64,000 nucleotides of DNA. It comes from Pseudovirgaria hyperparasitica (lineage: Eukaryota). Of the stretch, positions 10,545 through 23,522 are shown piece after piece. Numbering within the stretch: the stretch's first letter is position 1; each line of letters begins with the position of its first letter. Position numbers and translations under genes: made by a program. The stretch lies in the NCBI GenBank assembly GCA_010093815.1, contig ML996573.1, one strand, 5' to 3'. A model generated the notes under the pieces. It searched no databases, was not told the origin of the DNA, and saw only the letters and a program-made list of their open reading frames with translations.

Positions 10545-13500
10545 TATGTCTCTTTCACCTTCTTCCTTTTAGGCGGCCGTCCTCGGCGCCGAACTATACT
10601 AAAAAACGTCGAATCGCCGTACTTTAGTATAATTCTCTATGATTCCGCGGCTTCCTTTGCTAATCGCTACTTATATACTAATATTACTACTTTACTAATG
10701 TTTATTATAGGTTCCTAAGTATCTTCGTTAGGATTATATCCTTTCTAACGAATTTTATATAGCCACGTGCTATCTTCGGCACGTTACTAGCTAAGTATCT
10801 ACTTAACTTTATAGATATCTATACCTTCTTATATAACTACTTTATATAGTATCTATTCGGAACGATCCGGTAATAATAAGGCATGAAATAGCTCGAGAAG
10901 CGTAATATAGAATATATTATCTATCTTTAACGTAGGAGGGAGTTATAACTCGTACGCCTAGTTATTAATTATATAAGTAATCTTATATAGACCTATTATC
11001 GTATAGTTAAGCTTCTTCTTTAGCCTAATACTACGAATATTCTTACTATTTAGTAAAACTTTATCCCTAACATTAAAGATCATAGGTTTTCTACCCTTGT
11101 TATGGTGCGATTTACTATAATTCATAGTATCTTATAGTAACTTTATAACGCTTCTTTACGTTTAGAATAGTTCTATAGTAATTTCTATTACTTTAATATT
11201 AGATCGTTCTACTTTGAACTAAGTCCCTAAGAACTACACATTATAGTTCCGACCGAAGTTTACTTTAAACGGACTTACGTGGGTTAACGTATGTCGGCTA
11301 TTATTATACGCGAATTCCGCGACATAGACTAACCTTACCTAGTTATTCTACTTATAGTTATAATATACGCGTAAATACGCCTCGACTATCTAATTCTACC
11401 GCTCCGTCTATCTATCTATTTATAGATAGAACGTAGTACTAAGTTTCCGCTTAATTCCTAGCGTATAGTAGAAATCCTTCTAAAATTTAGATATTATCTA
11501 CGGACCTCTATCCGAAACTATACCGTTTAGTATACTATGGAGCCGGACTACGTCACGGAGTAGTATATCTATAAGATCCGGTGCTTGGATCGTCTTCCTT
11601 ATAGGGATATAGTATAATATCTTCGTAAATCTATCTAGAACTACGAGTAAACTATTATAAATATACCTAGAATACTTATTTAGGGGTAGATCTATAATAA
11701 AATCTATTAATAATTCCTTCCATGCCTCCTTTAGCATAGGTAATAGCCTTAATTCGCCATATAGTAAGTATCTATATACTTTCGTATACTGGTAAACGTT
11801 ACACGTTTTTATATAGTCTTTTATATATTTATAAAGACCCGGCTAGTCGTACGTCCTTCGGATTAAATCGACCGTCCTTATAACGCCGAAGTACCCTACT
11901 AACGCGTAATTATACTATTCCCTTAAAATATCGATTCGTAAGCCGCCTTTTAGTACGTAGAGTCGGCCTTAGAAGTAGATCGCGTCCGATCGTCGTTCCT
12001 ACCTTAATAACTACGGCGGATCTATAGCGCTTCCTTTTATGCTTATAACTTTCTTTACTAATATATTAGAATTCTAGGTAGATTTAATTAAGTCTTTAAG
12101 GGTTTTCTTAGTTTCTTAGACGTTTATTTAGATTACTTAATACCCGCTCTAATTCCCGCGGAGAATCGCCGAAAGTGTCCTAGCTTCTAGTATTCTATTA
12201 GATAACTAGTCTTATAGTATCTAAAGTATAGTATAGTCTAACTTATACCGACTATCTACGTTATTCTATAACGATTTCTTATAATCTTCACGCCGCGATA
12301 GAGGATTAGCTTTATTCTCTCTTCTAGCTTTATATAAGATTTTAAAGTTAAATATTAATATCCACTTAGCCTAACGTACTTATCGGCGATTAAGGACCTT
12401 AGTCGATATAAAGTAACGTAGATTTACGTGATCCGATAATAATTCGATCTAATATATAGAGCCTTCTAAATAATATCGCTATTACTTAAAACTCTCGACG
12501 ATTATAAGTAGTTCCTAGTCGTGCGTGTTATAACGCGTCTCTATATCCGCTATTTTATAGGAAAAGAAAGCGACCGGGTACTATTACACCTTATCTTTCG
12601 TATCTTTATACGGTTAACTAATAATTCTAGTAATTACGAATTCTAACGCGTTAGTTTCGACCTAAATATACTTCTTAGGATTGAAATGCCTAAGAATCGG
12701 CGTAGTTATAAAGTAATTCTTTAACGATCGGAACGCATCTCGCGCTTCCGGCGTTAACTATATCTTAACCGACTTAGCTTTACGCTATACTCGCCTACCT
12801 ATAGGGATTTTACCGCCATTCTCTATAAGTTTATTAAGTAGCGCCGTAATTCGTAAGAAGCCTATAATGAATTTACGATAATAGTTTACGAAACCTATGA
12901 ATGTTCTAATTTAACGTATAGTAGTAGATTCTAGCCATTCCATGATAGTCTTTACACGCTCCAGCTCTATTTTTAGGCCGCTATATATTATAATAAAGTC
13001 GAGAAACCCAACTTCTTATTAGTAAAACTCGCATTTAGATAATTTTACGTAGAGTTTATACTGCCTTAGACGATTTAGTACTAATTTCACGTATTCTTTA
13101 TAATCCTATATACTATCGGAGTAAATTAGTATATTATTAAGATAAACTACGTAAATCACGTTAAGTAATCCTACGAGTATAGTGTTAATATATTCTTAAA
13201 ACGCTCCTAGCGCATTTATTAGCCCGAATAGCATAATAGTATACTTAAAATAACTATATCTAGTCCGAAATGCGGTTTTCCACTTATCTCCGCGACGAAT
13301 TTAAAGCCGGTAATATATATCTCGTAAATCTAGCTTTATAAAGTACTTTACCTTTATTAATTAGTCTAAAGATTCACTAACTAGCGGTAATAGGTAACGA
13401 TTCTTCTTAGTTACCGTATTTAGTACCTAATAGTTAATATATAGACGTAAACTTCCGTCTTTCTTCTTTATAAAGAGAATAGATACGCCGGCTAATAACG

Positions 13501-14310
13501 TACTATAACGTATCTAGCCTCTTTTAAGGTATTCTTTAATATATTTACGAAGAACTTCGAGTTCTAGTCTCGAAAGTAGGTAAAGTAGGCTATAAGGGAC
13601 GTCTACTCCCTCTTTAAGCTTAATCTTTAGCTTATACGGCCCGTGATTAGGGAGAAGTAACGTATCTCCTACCGAAAACATATCCGTATACTACGAATAT
13701 ACGTCGGGTAGCGTGTCTTCGCCCTAATTATTACTATCGTCCTTATCTTTATTAATGATCGATAAGAACGTAAGATAGATTAGCGATAATCGGGTCCGCA
13801 CGGTAAGGTTCTATGCCTCCTTACTAATAGTTATAACTTACTAGTATAATTTACTATGGTATCGTCGGAACGTTAATATCTTCTTCTAAAAATTAAGGAT
13901 AGGGTTTAGATGTCTAAGCTAAGGCATCCCTAGAATTATATTCTATTAGCTAATATTAGCCACGATAAATTTATTAGATATCTACTATTTTATTATCTTT
14001 AAGTCATGAACTTCGTAATTCGTTATAGCTTTATCTAAAGTTCTAACTTTATATCTATTAACTATAATAGTTCGGCTAACTTTGCCGAGATCGTACAATA
14101 ATCTACACTCCTTTATAAGAATCGACGAAATATAGTTATCTTCTATACTAGTGTCTATAAGGGCCTATATAGTTTTATTACTATTTACTATAGATAACGA
14201 TACTTTTAGTAATATTAGGTCTTTACTCGCCGGAAGGCGCTACGGCTCCTCCTAAGTATATATAATTTAGCTAAGAACGCGGTTAGGTCTCGTGTACTAG
14301 TCTATTCTTT
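10545..14310 (-). pseudogene. pol: pol (protease, RT, RNase H, integrase, chromodomain), RIPed
   Basis: ALIDT(S>G) protease (~14150). VVYL(NN>DD)ILIYS RT (~13140). VET(NA>DA) RNase H (~12650). Integrase core (ORF 11498-11737: IDFIIDLP...IVSDRGP). GPY-like module (~11000). Chromodomain YKVKQIL...WKGYNPNEDTW (~10720-10810), followed by RRRGRPPK. pol is in the -1 frame relative to gag. The 3' end is approximate. Confidence 0.93.
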
Positions 14311-15570
14311 TTTCGGATTCTTATAGTTAGGTAAAATATATTCTATTTCTCTATACTTATAGTAACGAAGTGCGCTATAATCCTACTATTTTATAATAGG
14401 CGTTATATTTAAGCCTATGCCTTATCCTTTTCCGCGTTAAGAAGCACCGCCTCGATTATTTCGGTATCCTCTTAACGCGTTTCTACCCCGATTTATACTC
14501 TTCTAGCGCTAATCGCGGTAAGGTTACTCTTAATCGAACGTATTTAATTAACCTCGTTTCTAACCTATATAGGGTTCGTTGGTTTTACCTAGAGAGCCGC
14601 GTTTCTTAAGGATGCGGTAGTATTTATTAGCTTTCTCCTCTAATTCGTATAGATAGTTAAAACTTAATAATACTATTCCTAGTCTTTCGCGGATTAACGG
14701 AAGTAGTACTTTACGAAACTAGAATATACGAATATTTTTCTATAGCGTAGGGATATTATTCTATAGGTTTTAGAGGTATTATAGTAGTTAAGTAGGTGTC
14801 TAGTTCGGTCGTTATGCCACGCTTCTTAACTTAGATAGTACCTTTCTTTCACGTTCTCTATCCGTTCCGAGAGTGTTTAGTATAAATATAGCTAAATATT
14901 CCTAGGTTATCGTAGATAGTGGCTATACTTCCTTCTATCTATCCTATTAATCGCGGGATTATAAGTCTAGGTATTATTCTCTAAACGAAATATATTATAC
15001 TTTAGTAGAAAAGAGTAGAGGGTTATCAAGGAAGTACTTTTCGTAGTCTCTCTTCTAGTCTTTCTACTTCTTTTAGTTCTTTCCTATAAATATAGTCGGG
15101 TCTTTAGGTTTCGGTATACCTAGGGAAGAAGTAGGGTAAATCGATAATAAAGTAGCTGGGTATACGGTAGATTATCGTAACTCTAATGGTAGGTAAACTA
15201 ATTCCGCCTAAATTAGTATAGGAAGTCGTCCACCTACTATCGTTCGGCGTAGTTCTTTAAGAGACTCCTTAAGTTCTCGTCTCTTTATAAGGAGTTTCGC
15301 GCGTTCTACCTATTCTTTAAGGGTTTAAATCTCTCGAGCCTAATTCGCGACGTATTCCTAAAGTTTAGTAATGGTTTATTATAATATCTCGCGTGGCTCC
15401 GCTACGACTCGTTATCCGGCTTTATATTATTAGAAGTTACTCGGTGTATCTACTATTTCTTCGTCTAAAAGCTCCGTGATTTAGTCTAATATTTCTACTT
15501 CTTAGTTAGAAACGGCTAGAATTAATACCGATTATAGAGGATCCCTATTATTTAATATAGTATTACTTAT
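14302..15570 (-). pseudogene. gag: gag with C-terminal CCHC zinc knuckle, RIPed
   Basis: LRYYKYREIEYILPNYKNPKKE* (de-RIP C-x2-C-x4-H-x4-C) ends at stop 14302-14304, just after an A-run candidate slippery site. The start is approximate. Confidence 0.8.
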
Positions 15571-15649
15571 CCCTATAGTAGATCGTGTTGACCTTCTCGG
15601 TTCTAGTTAGACTATCTTAACTATAGTACTATATAGGGAGTAATTCGAA

Positions 15650-15877
15650 TATAAGAATAGGGTTATTAGATAGTAGTATAGTTAGATAGAATAATAGGGT
15701 GTATTCTATTATAGAACGAATTACTACTAAACCCTTTTAGTAGGAATCCGAGAGTATATATATAAAGGGACGCCGATCTATCTAGCACGTGACTGTTCAC
15801 CGCCCTTCACGTCACCTCCTGACCCTGTCAGCTGAGGTACGTGTAGGTCGGGTCCTGCCTAAGGCTGAGTCCTAACA
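15650..15877 (-). repeat. 5' LTR
   Basis: 228-bp copy of the LTR, whose outer ~90 bp is nearly unRIPed. Followed by TSD GATGG. Confidence 0.97.
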
Positions 15878-16085
15878 GATGGCGTCTGGCGTCCCCATTT
15901 CCCGACGCCCTTACCTTAACAGCTTACCGCTGAACAATCGCTCCGCATCTGTCCTCGACTTCCAGACTGGGCGAGTCTCTATGCTGCCAAATTAATTGCC
16001 CGCCACCTAGGAAACAGCCTCTTTTGCTTAAAACAATACCCCAGACGTAGAACACGCAGACCTGGCAAACCCATTTCCATCGACG

Positions 16086-16895
16086 ATGAGCGACGGCGAT
16101 ATCCACGTAGTCGCATACTTCCCTGAAGGCGTGAAGTACATTCTGGATTTTGGTTCGACTCATTACATCGGGTTCGTAGATGATACGACGGTCCTGAAGT
16201 ATCCGCATTTTAAAGAAGAACTGGATGGCCTCGCTGTTGAATGGCAAATATACCAGAGACTTGGCAAGCACCCGCGTATCACCGACCTTAAAGGAAGACA
16301 CAAGGATGGTGGTATATTTCTAGAATATGCACGGAATGGATCATTACAGGGTTACTTAGAAAGCAATGCACCACTTAACGTTGAAACAAAATTAAGACTA
16401 GCTAAAGAGACTGCAGATGGCGTTGCGCATGCCCATCGGCAAAATGTTCTAATCTGCGATATCGCTGTTCGTAATATCCTAGTGGATAGCGAACTACACG
16501 TTAAGTTATGCGACTTCCAGGGTAAGATTATTGGACCTGATGGAACAGTTATCCTTTCCGGAGGTGCCTCAGAAAACGCGGATTCGTATAAGCCACGCGA
16601 TAACCCATACGACCAGAACGTTAGTACGGATATTTTCGCACTTGGTTCAACGATATATTACATCATGACCGGTCATCGGCCATTCCCTAAGTTGGATACC
16701 ATACAGGACGAATTGAAGATCAACGAGTCTTACAGACAGGGTCTGTTTCCTCGTTTGGATATAGCCGAAGAAATTGTTCACAAATGCTGGAGTGGCAAAT
16801 ACACGTCTGCCAGTGAAGTCGTCAGCGACCTCGCTGTCCTCAGACGATCATATGTGCAGAGCTCTGAGCTTGGCCAACAACTTCAGCAAGATTGA
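16086..16895 (+). CDS. Small fungal protein kinase-like protein (269 aa, intronless)
   Basis: VLKYP (Lys), E..IYQRLGKHPRI, LEYARNGSL, catalytic loop ICDIAVRNIL, CDFQG, TDIFALGSTIYYIMTG..PF. Confidence 0.88.
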   Translation: MSDGDIHVVAYFPEGVKYILDFGSTHYIGFVDDTTVLKYPHFKEELDGLAVEWQIYQRLGKHPRITDLKGRHKDGGIFLEYARNGSLQGYLESNAPLNVETKLRLAKETADGVAHAHRQNVLICDIAVRNILVDSELHVKLCDFQGKIIGPDGTVILSGGASENADSYKPRDNPYDQNVSTDIFALGSTIYYIMTGHRPFPKLDTIQDELKINESYRQGLFPRLDIAEEIVHKCWSGKYTSASEVVSDLAVLRRSYVQSSELGQQLQQD

Positions 16896-18142
16896 TTCAG
16901 GCCGGAGCCATGGGCGTAGGGGTTAGCCCGCGGACAGCGGCAAAACATAAGCACATGTACAATGAGGAACATATCCGCTCCGAAAAGACAGTTTGCTGCG
17001 CTACAATATGAGTTCATAACACTTATGTCCGGCGGCCCTGCTCTTGTGCAAAAAAGTTTCTGCACATGGTCAGGTTCGGCGGTTCGCTATGTTGCAGCTT
17101 TGTACAGTACATACCAAGCTGGATTAACACCTAGGGCAAACCGACCCAGGTGTTCTGTTGGTCTGCCTTCCCATGTTGTTCTTATCGACCCAGTTACCAC
17201 AGTGCGCAGGGCAAGGCTTAGGAATCCACTTGGTGAGCACATGCTTTGGCTGCGCAGTGCAGTTTGTATAAGACACTTTGACCTCGTGTCGTTCGCACGT
17301 GACTTGGAGCCGACATTTGTCAGGATTGCCTGAAATCTTCATTCATCATTCCATACTCACTGTATGTGTAATCGCGGCTGCAGAGCAGAATCGGGTAGCG
17401 CTTCGGGGTGCTTATTAGTGATGGGACTGCCACCCGCAGTGCTTTAAGTACCCCACCCGTAAAACCCCGGCGGATGATTAGTTCTGGCAGGCGTTCTTGG
17501 TAGCTGCAGCTAAGCTAATTCAGCGCTCGAAAGGAACATTCTATTGGCAGAAGTTATGAGTCACATCACGAGGCGGACGGCGGCAAAAAGATATCATGTT
17601 ACACCAAGTACCATACTCGAGCGCTTGCGTGACCAGCTTGAAGATGACTAGCGAGTTAGACAACCTTTAGTAAGGCGCTCCTAAGTCCTAGGAGAGTTCC
17701 TCTACGTACTTGTACGGAGATAGATACAGAGATCTTTGAGTTCAAATAACAACCTATTATCTATTATCACTAGACAAATAGAGCTACCTTTCTACAATTG
17801 TCTAGTCCACTTGAAAGGGCTCCGGAGGTCACGCTAAGGTGTATAGATGATAGGGACATTGGTGTGGCGTTATATGGTGGTAAAGTAGGAGGAATATTGA
17901 CTGCACAGGTTTCCAATCGTGTCGAGGGCCGTGGAGGTAGTGAGGTTGAATTCTGTTGATTGCTTCTACAGCAAGTCCTGACAGGACCCAGAAAGTAAAC
18001 AACCCAACGGAGGAAGTCGGCTCTCGATGCGCTCGTGGTGATGAGGAAGCCGTATGCGATATGTTAGGTTTGCTGGCCATAGAAGGGCTTTGCGGATGAA
18101 TCCGACGTTTGAACGCGTGCCACAGTGGTATGAGAAGTGGAC

Positions 18143-18739
18143 TCATGTACGCGTAGGCGTTTCGTGCTCACGTATCGTGAACCGTTCGGTTGAGACTGAT
18201 TCAGAGGCTCGGTCTTGGGAATGCTTGTGCCTCCACGGCTTTGCTAAAGTCGGGTACACCCATGAAGTCCGACAGTCGCCTGTTGGTATTGTTTCGAGTA
18301 TGGGCGTAGCAGGTGTTGCTGGCACAGCAGGTGTAGCTAGCGTAGTAGGTGAATCGTTGTCGCGCTCCTGCTTCTTCTGTATACCGTCTACTTCCTCATC
18401 GGTAGTATTCTCGTATTTCCTCTTGTTTACCTTTGAAAGTGTTTCTTCATTTGGGATCGATGGGTTTCTATTAAGTGCGAGTGAATGTGCCCCTCTGACA
18501 TTAGCGGCGTATCCTTGCGGCCTAGAGCTTGGTGACAAGGAGGCCTGTGGTGATTCGGAATCCCAGTGGTCCCAGGGAGGAAAGAGTTCGACCGAAAGCT
18601 TGTGCTGCTCGTTGGTGTTATCTTCCGTAAAGTCTTTGGTATAGCTTCGTCGTATACAGCCACAATCTACAAATCGTGCCAGTCTGATGGTGGCAATAGA
18701 TATAGTGATATCGGTGTCGTGTTTAAAGTTCAAATACAT
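18143..18739 (-). CDS. Hypothetical protein / possible degraded gene
   Basis: 198-aa ATG ORF with low-complexity P/T/E content and a KRK basic patch. No family recognised. Confidence 0.25.
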   Translation of the reverse strand: MYLNFKHDTDITISIATIRLARFVDCGCIRRSYTKDFTEDNTNEQHKLSVELFPPWDHWDSESPQASLSPSSRPQGYAANVRGAHSLALNRNPSIPNEETLSKVNKRKYENTTDEEVDGIQKKQERDNDSPTTLATPAVPATPATPILETIPTGDCRTSWVYPTLAKPWRHKHSQDRASESVSTERFTIREHETPTRT

Positions 18740-18929
18740 GGTGATGCAGGTGGGAATGGTCCGAAGTAGATGATGTTATGTCGGAAGTTTAAGGGCGGAA
18801 GATCCATCGGACCGAGCTCTTACTATGCCAAAGTCAGAACCCTCCCTCGCTTCAACCGTCGAACTTGAATTATCACCGGCATCAAAATTTAAGAATTCCT
18901 AAGTACCCGAAATGGGGCAATCTAGCATT

Positions 18930-20497
18930 CCGAGATCAGAAATTCACCTGTCGTGCTTTTCTATACTTAGAATGCGGCAGCTAGGAAGGCTTTTGCAAAC
19001 GTGATCGAAAGTGCCAATCAAAAATAATAAAGATATCTATACATTGAGTAATCTCCGGCTGCGTTTCAGGAAGACATATATCAGCTTCAGCTGCATCAAG
19101 ATGATAGTGAACGTGGTTACTGAACCAGATGAACTTACCACCAAGGACCTCATCGCCCAAGCCACTGTACTAACTGGGTGTTACCAGTTTACTCTGGACC
19201 ATCTGACCGACGGAGCGTCATTCTGGCTAGTGGGAAGAGATAGTGCCGCAGACTTTCGAATCGCTGTTTCTCCACAGTCTTCAATCAGGAGCAGACATGC
19301 GGTTTTCTCTTTCCACGCCCAGTCATTCGCCTTTAGTATCAGGGCCGCTCACAAAGGGGTTCGGCATTTATCAGTCAATGGTGGGACTGTAGGCCGAGAC
19401 TCGAAGGGATTGCTTAAGAACTGTTTGATAACAATGGGCGACCTAGTATTTGACTATCACTACACACCATGGGCGTACTCCGCCATTTTTGATGCCGAGA
19501 AAACAGCTACTATACGTCGATTGGTCGGTGACACGGTACCTCCAATCATGCCTCCAACACCAGATCCGGACGCTCTCGAGATCGGACAATATGTCCTAGC
19601 CCAGCATGCGGGAAAGGGCGGTAGTGGTACCGTGTCCATGGGCGTAAGCACGGGCCATAAACTTGTCGCAATCAAGAATCGGTACTGTCGCGACACATTT
19701 GCGATCGAAAGGGCCAAAAATCAAATTCCAAACATGGAGTCCCTCAGTAAAAACAGCGAAAATTCGGAACCAAAGCCGAGGATTCTGCAGCTACTAGAAG
19801 CAAAGTGGCAGTTCAACCCGGATGCGCAGGCGCGACCCGCGGACTCCAACATGGTGTACTTTGTGTCTCATGCATACCTCTCGATTACCTTAGCAGACCT
19901 GATAAAGAAAGGGCACAAATATACTGAAAGAACATTCGTCAACATCCTCGAAGCTGTTGCTTCTCTCCACAGACAGGGCTGGATCCATCGGGATATCAAG
20001 CCAGCTAACATCGGATTTACGAACGACAAAGACGATTGGGCAGTTTACTCGACATCGACGATATTATCCGAGTGCCTGAGACGGCCTACCCTCCCGAACC
20101 TGGGTGCTACGGCACCATACCTTACTTAGCCCCAGAGTTCGAGCAACAGCCATGGGGACTTGAAATCGATGCATGGTCGGTTGGAGCTACATTCTACGAG
20201 ATGTTAAGAGGCACGCCATTCTGGCACGGAAAGACCAATCCCTAGCAATGCGACACAATCAACTACCCACAACAGGCTTCGTTCAAGGACGTGCACCAAC
20301 AAGCAATGGACTATCTTGAGAGTGACAAATCTGAAAGTTTCATGCCTAGCATTACGATAAAGCTATTATATTTTGCGAATGCTGAGAAAACGCAATACCA
20401 AAAGAAACGTTTGCTTGTGACCGAAGCACTCGAATTGCTGGAATTAAGCAATTCCATAGACCGGCCTGCCAAACGAGCAAAGGCCCCTACCTCTTGA
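18930..20497 (+). pseudogene. FHA-domain + Ser/Thr protein kinase pseudogene
   Basis: FHA (WLVGRD...SRHAVF), GKGGSGTV, VAIK and HRDIKPANI in one frame. Frameshift near 20045 into LLDIDD...GTIPYLAPE...DAWSVG. In-frame TAG at 20243-20245 (NP*, likely TGG). Further RIP-type stops and a frameshift in the 5' part (~18970-19120). Confidence 0.82.
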
Positions 20498-22094
20498 ATC
20501 CCCCACCTGCGCGCTTCGATTCTCGAACTGCTTGTAGATTCATCAAATGGCTGCCAATGAAATGTCCCGGAAAGGACCAACCAGTATCCTACGCGCCAAA
20601 GTTCGCATAGGTATGTACACCATAAGATTCAGTGTATAACATTTGGCTTCTTTGCTCTTTCGATTAGCTGATGATTCGTGCACCGCGTCGTCTTCCAATC
20701 TCCATGACAGCGGCTTTTACCGGTGGTGGCTCTTACGCAAGACGCTCTTCTAGAGCAGCTACAGATTTTGTGCTATTTCAATTGACACGCCGACGCCCTC
20801 CAACCACCAGCGTCAAGCAGTAATATCATCCAGCACATCTGGCTTCAAGGCTTCCCAAGGCTATTTATTCTCCATCATGCTGCTAAGGCAGTGTGCTCTT
20901 GTCATACTCCTTACCCGGCTCGCAGGCTCTGTCATGGTCCACATGCGGCTCTCCCGAGGTCTTCCTGCTCCTTTACAGGGCCTTCACGTCGTTGCTTCCA
21001 CAGGCCTCACCCTGGAATTTGTGCTTGTCTCTGACTAGTGCTCTTGTGGTTAGTCACTACCACCCCTGATTGATTATACTCTGCGTTCTATCCGCAGGAT
21101 GTGGATCACTCTTGAATCAAGATCAAGTCAAGCCAGGAGACCGCAAAGGCTCCAAAGACTCCAAAGTGAGATCTCCTCATTCCTCCGACAGTGCCGTAGG
21201 AGCTTAAACAAAAAACGCTTCGACTGTGCATCGTGAGGTAAATCCGTTGCTGAGCTACAAGTGGTCGAAGAACCATCAAGATAGCTCAGTACTTTCTCTG
21301 GGTTCACCGATCACTTATTGCGCGGCTGAGTCTACTTATCTGCGCAAGTAGAGGACTCTTGCTTCCTGTATATTCGTACTAAACTAAGATGCAAGTCAGC
21401 TCACCGCAGGATATAGATTAGGGATATATACAGCACTCTGCCCCACTGTCTGGTATGCTGAGATTGATGTCTCCTGCGCGAGAGCAGCGAGAGCAATGCG
21501 ACACTTGCCGTACATTACTGAAACTGTCACACTACACCACTCATTCGAGTACCGACGCGCTTCTTGCAAGGTGCTCTTGACCTGGAAGAGAGGCAAACGT
21601 GAGACTGCTCCTCTGAACAATATGGCTGGCCGAAACGGAGCGAGATGGGAGGTTTAGATTACGGAAATTCGCATAACCAGAAAAAGACGTAAATGGAATC
21701 GTGGGGAACATTGGATATCGTAGTCTCATGGTCTTTCCTCCATTCGAGTTGCAGACAGAAATGGGCAATCTGTCCTTGTCACGAGATTGTCCGCGATCAA
21801 GGTAAGTCTGTGATAGAAGGTCGCGTGACACAAAAGATGCATGCACAGTATAAATCGTGAATCCAACACGATACGTAAATAGAATGAGTCTTACCCCTCA
21901 TTCTAATATTAGATGCTGTTAGGGTGAGCAGAAATGATTCCATACCCAAGTCGTAGTTTCATGCAATGACGATCTGATATCTCGATCCTCTTTCATGCAG
22001 TGAATGAATTTATAGATGTAGGACGAGGGCTCCTGTTGTTCGGTCATCATTCAAATACGCTGAGCGGAGATGGGCTTTGCGCAGTAATACTGTG

Positions 22095-22919
22095 TCATGG
22101 AAGGGTCTGGTGCTTCGCGATCTTGTTTGGTGGCACTCTTCCATCTTCGTTATCATCCTCGCCAAAATTCCTTTTCCGCTTTTGTCGATTGAGATATGGC
22201 GGATCGACGTCTCCCATAGTCCTAAGTGCCTTCGAGCCATAGGAATTGATGGAGGTGTCGTCATTCTTTCTTGTGCTCAACTCAGGCTTTCTAGTTTTCT
22301 CCTGTTGGCGCTTCGACTCGTCATCTACGTGTGAAGGGGCGAGAGGGGTCCCGTGGGACCGTGGTGTCGCACGCCAACCTGCTTGGGACGACTCTTTCAT
22401 TGCAAACGACTGATTAGGTGTCTTTCCTTCCTCTTCACAGTATGGACTGTCTTCTTGGTATGATGGCATTTTGGCGAGCGAGTAGCTCTCCTTCACGTTT
22501 ACAACTTCTTCGCCGACGTTATCGCCGCTATCATCTTCACTAGAATCATCTTGTTCTTCTAGCGCTATCATTTTCGCTCTGTAATACTCCTTGACCTCCG
22601 GTGGCGTGTGTCTAATTGGCCACTCGTCCGTACTGTCACGGTACATCGCCCTTCTCCATTCAAGTCTGATTTCAAGGGCCTGCAGGCGTATTTCGAGCTT
22701 AGTAGCGAACTCTCTATCATATGGCTTCTCAAATACAGGTGTGCATCTGCGATGAATTAAATAGGCGCCTTGCGTGGCAACGATGTCGGTATAGTCCTGC
22801 AAGATTATACCGCGGTTAGTAGTGTTTAAGATTGTGTAGTCGCATGACGAGAAGAGCCTCACAATGTCCGGCTCAATGTCGCCATTTGATGTGATGCAGT
22901 TATCTTGCGTTAACGACAT
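22095..22919 (-). CDS. Hypothetical protein (274 aa) with acidic tract and KRKR motif
   Basis: Intact ATG-to-stop ORF with a folded-looking N-half and an acidic/disordered C-half. No family recognised. Confidence 0.5.
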   Translation of the reverse strand: MSLTQDNCITSNGDIEPDIVRLFSSCDYTILNTTNRGIILQDYTDIVATQGAYLIHRRCTPVFEKPYDREFATKLEIRLQALEIRLEWRRAMYRDSTDEWPIRHTPPEVKEYYRAKMIALEEQDDSSEDDSGDNVGEEVVNVKESYSLAKMPSYQEDSPYCEEEGKTPNQSFAMKESSQAGWRATPRSHGTPLAPSHVDDESKRQQEKTRKPELSTRKNDDTSINSYGSKALRTMGDVDPPYLNRQKRKRNFGEDDNEDGRVPPNKIAKHQTLP

Positions 22920-23522
22920 AAGGAAACGCTTGTCTCAAGACTAGGTAGTCGACCTGGCCAGTTATCGTCGATAAGGTGTGAATAGATTGTCGGAGCGAGC
23001 CTGGATCGAGCCTGCGAGGTAGTGGATGGAAGCGGGCCTCCTTACTTTCGCACTACGTCTATATTTTAGCATCTAAAGATAGAGCGAGCACTCTATCTCT
23101 TTAACTATCTTCAGTAGTATTTCCAGAAGCTGAGTGATACAATAATAAAGAAAGTAGCTTAGTTCTAGATTTGTACGAGGCCGGGCTCCACGCACCAACC
23201 AACTACACTACAAGGAAGCGACTGCTTAGATTACACACTAGTTATAGAGTGCTGTGTGGGATCCCTATTATGTCAGCCTTGGTATTCAGATCTTATTAAG
23301 CGTTAGGCTTTTGTATATAGACAGAACTACAGCCGGATCACGTGTCTGCCACGTGACTCGCTACGACTAAATACTATCACAGCCCATATGATTTTCAAAT
23401 ATGAAAGTAACAGCTGCCTACTTTAAGGCTCTTACATGCTATAATAATTACTTTTAATCCTCTATATCACAAGGCCTATATAATATAAAGCTAGGTGGAA
23501 GTTTTCCTTGTACGGACCCAAC

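Larger units (their letters stand above)
8494..15877 (-). mobile_element. Full-length Ty3/Gypsy LTR retrotransposon (chromovirus), RIP-inactivated
   Basis: Two 228-bp direct LTRs (TGTAAG...CTAACA). 5-bp TSD GATGG at 8489-8493 and 15878-15882. gag-pol on the minus strand in the order PR-RT-RH-IN-chromo. PPT AGAGGGAAGGAATAAT next to the 3' LTR. Confidence 0.97.

Noticed and set aside
11498..11737. 79-aa ORF as a standalone gene
   Set aside because: It is a stop-free fragment of the RIPed integrase core.
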